DNA from: Pocillopora damicornis | Lineage: Eukaryota | Reading direction: 5' to 3' | Length of the DNA stretch: 64,000 bases | Assembly (NCBI RefSeq): GCF_003704095.1 | Contig: NW_020844487.1 | Coordinates: forward strand, 186,001-250,000 | Part shown: piece by piece, positions 59,401 to 64,000 of the stretch | Position numbering within the stretch: position 1 is the stretch's first letter | Layout of the letters: each line of letters opens with the position of its first letter | Notes under the pieces: generated by a model | The model's input: only the letters and a program-made list of their open reading frames with translations | Database searches by the model: none | Told to the model about the DNA's origin: nothing | Program-made: the position numbers and the translations under genes

Positions 59401-62400
59401 TCACTTCTGTTGTGTCTCAAAACAGTGATTGCTGATCGCTCCTTCTAGCTAATGATTGCACTAGCGTAGGAAGTCAGATTGTTCTGGTTATTATCGGCAT
59501 TATGAATGCGATTGTAGGCTATTCAATACCGCGACATGACATCTCAAAGGGGAGCGCTGTTTCGGTAGCCTTTGCAAACCTATGTGCTTATTGCTCTCTG
59601 CTATGTTTATTTTGTTGGTTTACATTTTGAACAGCGCAAACCGAGTGCAAGAGTTTAACATATGGATCGATTGTGTTGTGTTCCCAGTCGCGGTTACTTG
59701 AATATCGATCGATCGCTGTATCGGATCATCTAAACTTGTTTTTGACACGTTAATTTTAGCATTCTTTTGGAAATATATTAACATCGTAGACATCACTCAC
59801 CGATGTGTAATTTCTCTTTTTTTTTTCCTTCGGGCGGAGAAGAGTTGTATTTTTTTCCCTTCCTAGTGTGGACCCTCAAGTGATGTTCTCTAGAAGGAAA
59901 TACTCTACCGACCCGGTGCTATAGATATCGAAGCTCACAGCTGTGGCTGAATATTATTTTATCGCTCCCACTTTCTGGCAGCAGAGAAGACGATTCGATA
60001 AACATGAACACGGGAAACCCCCACAGCTGTGAGGCAGCACACAGTGCCAAGAGCTAACATGGCCAACTTATTGAATTTTCTCTATGCGGTTTCGAAAATG
60101 ATTGATGTCGGTCGCCGAGGACATGCATATACATGTATTTAGATGTAATTCAATCGATTATATGACAATTAACAACTCCAGGTCATACAATTAACTAGCA
60201 ATTGTTCGAAAAGCTTGTACTACATCTAATTTGTCTTACCAATGATTATTTAAGGAAACGAAATTATTCCGCTCGCCGAACGAAACGAAATCGAATCCAG
60301 TGGGACAACGGATGTCGACGGGATTTCGCTCCACGAGACGAAAAATAAACTTGAATTATAACCCTGACACAAGCACTTGGATTTAAACAATTAAGTCTAT
60401 ACCCGTCGTGTTCATGCCTCTTGTGTCCATGTTGTTTATATATCTCCAAACAATGCGCTACAAGATAATGAGGTTCTGTGACATGAAGAGCACGTGGACA
60501 AAAGTATTTTTGGAAAACAGTGTCTCACGTTCAATCGAATAAAGCTTCAAAACGCCCTGATTCCGTGCGGAAAATTAAGCAGAATATTCCTGAAACGCAA
60601 TGAACTCGGTAGTGGCTCATTTGAAAAGACTTCAGTGTGTTTATCTCATAGGTGTGAAAAACGTCTACAAGATGTCTACATTTTATGTTAAATAGGTTCG
60701 TTTTGCCAACCATAATAACACCGTGTTTGTACTTCTAACACCATTTGCACGGAAATGCTTTCCATTATGCTCTCCTCTAATCAGCCCAGAATCCTCGCCA
60801 GACATCTTATTATTCATGAAATTAGCATCGTTGGCTATTTATTCAACTCTTTTACAACCCGACAACTACTACAACAAGCCGGAATAATATCAAAAAGATT
60901 ACATATTAAAGCGTATTCTAAATTCTGCCTTCACCTGGAGCGAAGTTGCAGTTGCGATCTCCCGCTAACGAAAATGTTAATTTTCCTGCTGAATTGAAAT
61001 TTGTTTGCCCACTAAACCCATTGTGCCCCGTTGGTAGAAACCACTTGAATTTTGTACATCACTTCTGTACATCTTTGCACGTTAATTAAAAACTCCTTGT
61101 GAAGTTATACCATGACGTCACTGATTAAAAATGCAGTCAGGCGAGACGGCACGCGATACACACGCGTTACACACGCGAAATTCAAATTGAACTCAGTTGT
61201 GGGGTTGCTTCTCTGAAGGAGGAAAAAGACGAAAAAAGAAAATTATTTGATATGAAAACAAAGGACCCTTTTGGAATAATGTTTTCAAATAGAAAACACA
61301 ATAATAAACCTCTCACAATCGGACGTTTCTCCCACGGAGATCTAATGACCAGCTTCCTTCTTGACTGCTCGCTTGGAAATGTTTTTCTTTCTTTTTTTAT
61401 CGCTTTTTTGCTGGCGTCTGTTTCATATTATGTCCACAGATCAGCTTTGCCACCCCGAGTTGTTTATTTTTTGTCCTTTTCTGTAGTAGATTAAGCGTGG
61501 TATGAATTGTCCTGCCAGCGGTGTCGTTTGAAGATCACCGAAACTTATCTTGAAATAAACAGAGGAAGCCTGTATGTTCCTTGTCCCGGAAGCTATCGAC
61601 AACGAATTGCGTTGTTTTTCTTTTTTATTTCGGTAAAGGTTTCTATTTCAACGCATTGTTTTGAAAGGAGCGCAAAATAGCTGAGCTTATTTTGAATTCA
61701 ATTTATCGAAAAAAATATGGAGGGCACTTGTTAAACACATGTGCGGACAAAAATTCCAAAATACGTCGCTGCTAGAAATCTGAAATCCTGAATAAGTTTA
61801 ATCTGACAGATTCAACCTGACTCATTTGGCTCTCAGCGAAATCCCTCACTTAATAATCGTAGTTTGAGCTTATCTCGAACAAATAGCCTTAACGCCCTTT
61901 AAGCTTGGCTGAAAGTGATGCCCAGATAACCAAAACATAGAGGCTGAAAGCCGAATTTCCGGTAAAACTATTGTGATTTTTTTAATTGATCACGTGTGGT
62001 ATTTAAACTATTAAAAAATCAGAACGCATAAGTACAGCTTGATAAAACTATGAAATTGGATTTGAATGTTAATCCAACGATTTACATTAATCTTGCAGAA
62101 AGTTGGTGATAAGATCTAAAAATGAATCTTCATGTGCTCAAACGATTTCATGTATAATGAAATAAGGCAGCCAAGGGCAGGTCATTGTAATTTTAGATTA
62201 TTCTGATATCGTTGTGGATGAAAACCAACGTAACTTCGCTCCACCTGCGCCATGAGAACACATCTGTAAGCGGGGAGTGTGCTTTCTCTGCTGTGAAGAA
62301 CACTAATGTTACCCTTGTAAAATTATTAGCGTATATTTTCTCTTATCGTTACAGAGGTATTTTTGTAACTCATTCATTAAGCGTCCCCCTCTCCACAGAC

Positions 62401-64000
62401 CTCTGAAATACCGAACGTTTTTAGTTTTGCACCAAAGCCCCAAAACCTCCCTGATGCTGTTTAAGCCTTTACTTAGAGCTCGTCAGGAATTCAGTCGGCT
62501 TGGTCTCATCTTTTATTTTGTTGTTTGATAAAATGTATTGAGGTAGAAAAGCTCCCCAAAAAAGTATATTTGTCATGAAAAACTTACAGACAGCAGCACC
62601 AATGATTTGGACAGCTTTAATTAATTTTTAGATGCTGTTCAGTGCGACCTGAGGTTAAATTCCCAGACTAAGTCGTCCAACTTTTGATGATTACAAGGAA
62701 ACCAAAAAAAATATTTAATGGTATCAGTCAGTTATGTCTCAACCATTAAAAGAGGCCAATTGTCACCCCTACGGTGTGAAATTTTAATCATTTGGTTAGC
62801 CTAGAGTCAGTTTCAAAATAGTTTAGTGCTAGAATTGCCAATGTCATGTAGGAAACCGGAAATGAGTACAGAAAGCTACTGACATGGACTTTTAAACTGG
62901 TTCAGAACCTGCACAACCTTTTTCATTTTCAGCATGTACTGATTCGCGTAGAGTTTCCTCAGAGAACGATTTTAAGATCATTACTGAGGTGCAAGAACTG
63001 TAAACCTTTCATCTCTTAATCGGACATTGAATAATTACGCCGACTAGTCATTGAGAGAGCGGAAGGCCTTTAACTGGCGTGGCTTGTTCCTCTACGTAAC
63101 AGGAACAAGCAAACATAGCCGAAACACTTCTATTTGATATCGCTCCAAATTTTAAGTACTTGCGGCCCACGTCGATGAATTAACTGCAAAAAATAAACAA
63201 GAGGATTCTTCTGAATACACCTCCAGTTCCGGTCACTCCCTACTAATTTTTTTTTCCAACTTTTTTCACGGGATATCAACTAAACCGCAAACATATAAAC
63301 CTCAATAGTGATTCTTTTGCGTGGGCGAGGATAACTGTTCATAACTTTTGACTGAGAAATGAATGAGGAATGATTCCCAATTAGAGAAACCTTTGTTCGT
63401 TCCACTATTTTTGGCAATTAACGCAATTACCCTTATGAAATACATGTAATTTTGAACTGTCACAGGAGTACATTTGTAATGGCTCGTGGCTGTTACTATT
63501 AATTCATGTGGGTACATTTTTGTTCGCTGCTGTAATTCTGTTAAGGTGACCGACAACTGACGAAAAAATCCATCCAGTAAGCAACTTATCAATTTTCGTC
63601 CAATTTTGTGGTTATGTCGCAGTAATTTTTCAAAGCTTACTTATTTCATTCATCGATATTAAAGGGGGTAATTGACTCGCTGTACGTCTGTTTTATTTCT
63701 TTAATAAATTGACAGTTTATGGGGGTGTCTGGCGGAAAGATTTAGGTTAAAAAAATTCGTTCATAGGACAGTTTATCACAGTTTTCATCTCATAAACAAT
63801 TTTTTTCACAAATTTTCCTTTTCCGGTCATATACTGAAAGAGTAACGTTACAGTTTCAGATTATCTTGAGAGTTGTTAAATACCTTTGTTAAATGAATTT
63901 GACCTCTATACCTGTATAAAGATTTTCTTAATGACTGGAAATGGGAAAATTACATCGCAAAATTTTACTATATTTGGTGTAGTATTTTGATAATTTGAAA

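Noticed and set aside
1-64000. CRISPR arrays, rRNA, prokaryotic operons, and most 60-110 aa ORFs in the track
   Set aside because: The sequence is eukaryotic with spliceosomal introns and no regularly spaced repeat-spacer array. The short ORFs are antisense shadows, intron read-throughs or repeat-derived.

Overview
Eukaryotic, AT-rich, intron-containing DNA, most likely from an anthozoan (stony coral). That assignment is inferred from gene content and repeat families and is not proven. There is one 100-N assembly gap. By manually splicing exons I reconstruct, left to right: a 17-exon TRIP13/PCH2 AAA+ ATPase (-) head-to-head with a 10-exon CEP76 (+); an intronless class A GPCR; two tandem intronless PRRT3/PRRT4-like multi-pass membrane genes, the first with a premature stop; two tandem intronless BTB-BACK-Kelch genes; an intronless TMEM229 gene (-) head-to-head with an 11-exon, 351-aa gene that the ORF track largely misses and whose product resembles bacterial DUF445 membrane proteins; and a 7-exon Iroquois (Irx) homeobox gene (-) in a gene-poor region. 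Intergenic and intronic DNA holds piggyBac-like MITEs, a tRNA-derived SINE, Penelope-like element remnants with degenerate hammerhead-ribozyme motifs, and other MITEs. Main points of interest: the DUF445-like/TMEM229 divergent pair; an apparent GA-AG intron plus three GC-AG introns; tandem splice donors in Irx that would switch a Mohawk-like repressor motif on or off; an IRO-box-like peptide in an alternative Irx frame; mirrored E2F-CHR elements in the TRIP13/CEP76 promoter; and a gene-conversion tract between the PRRT-like paralogs. Family assignments come from recalled motifs, not database searches.
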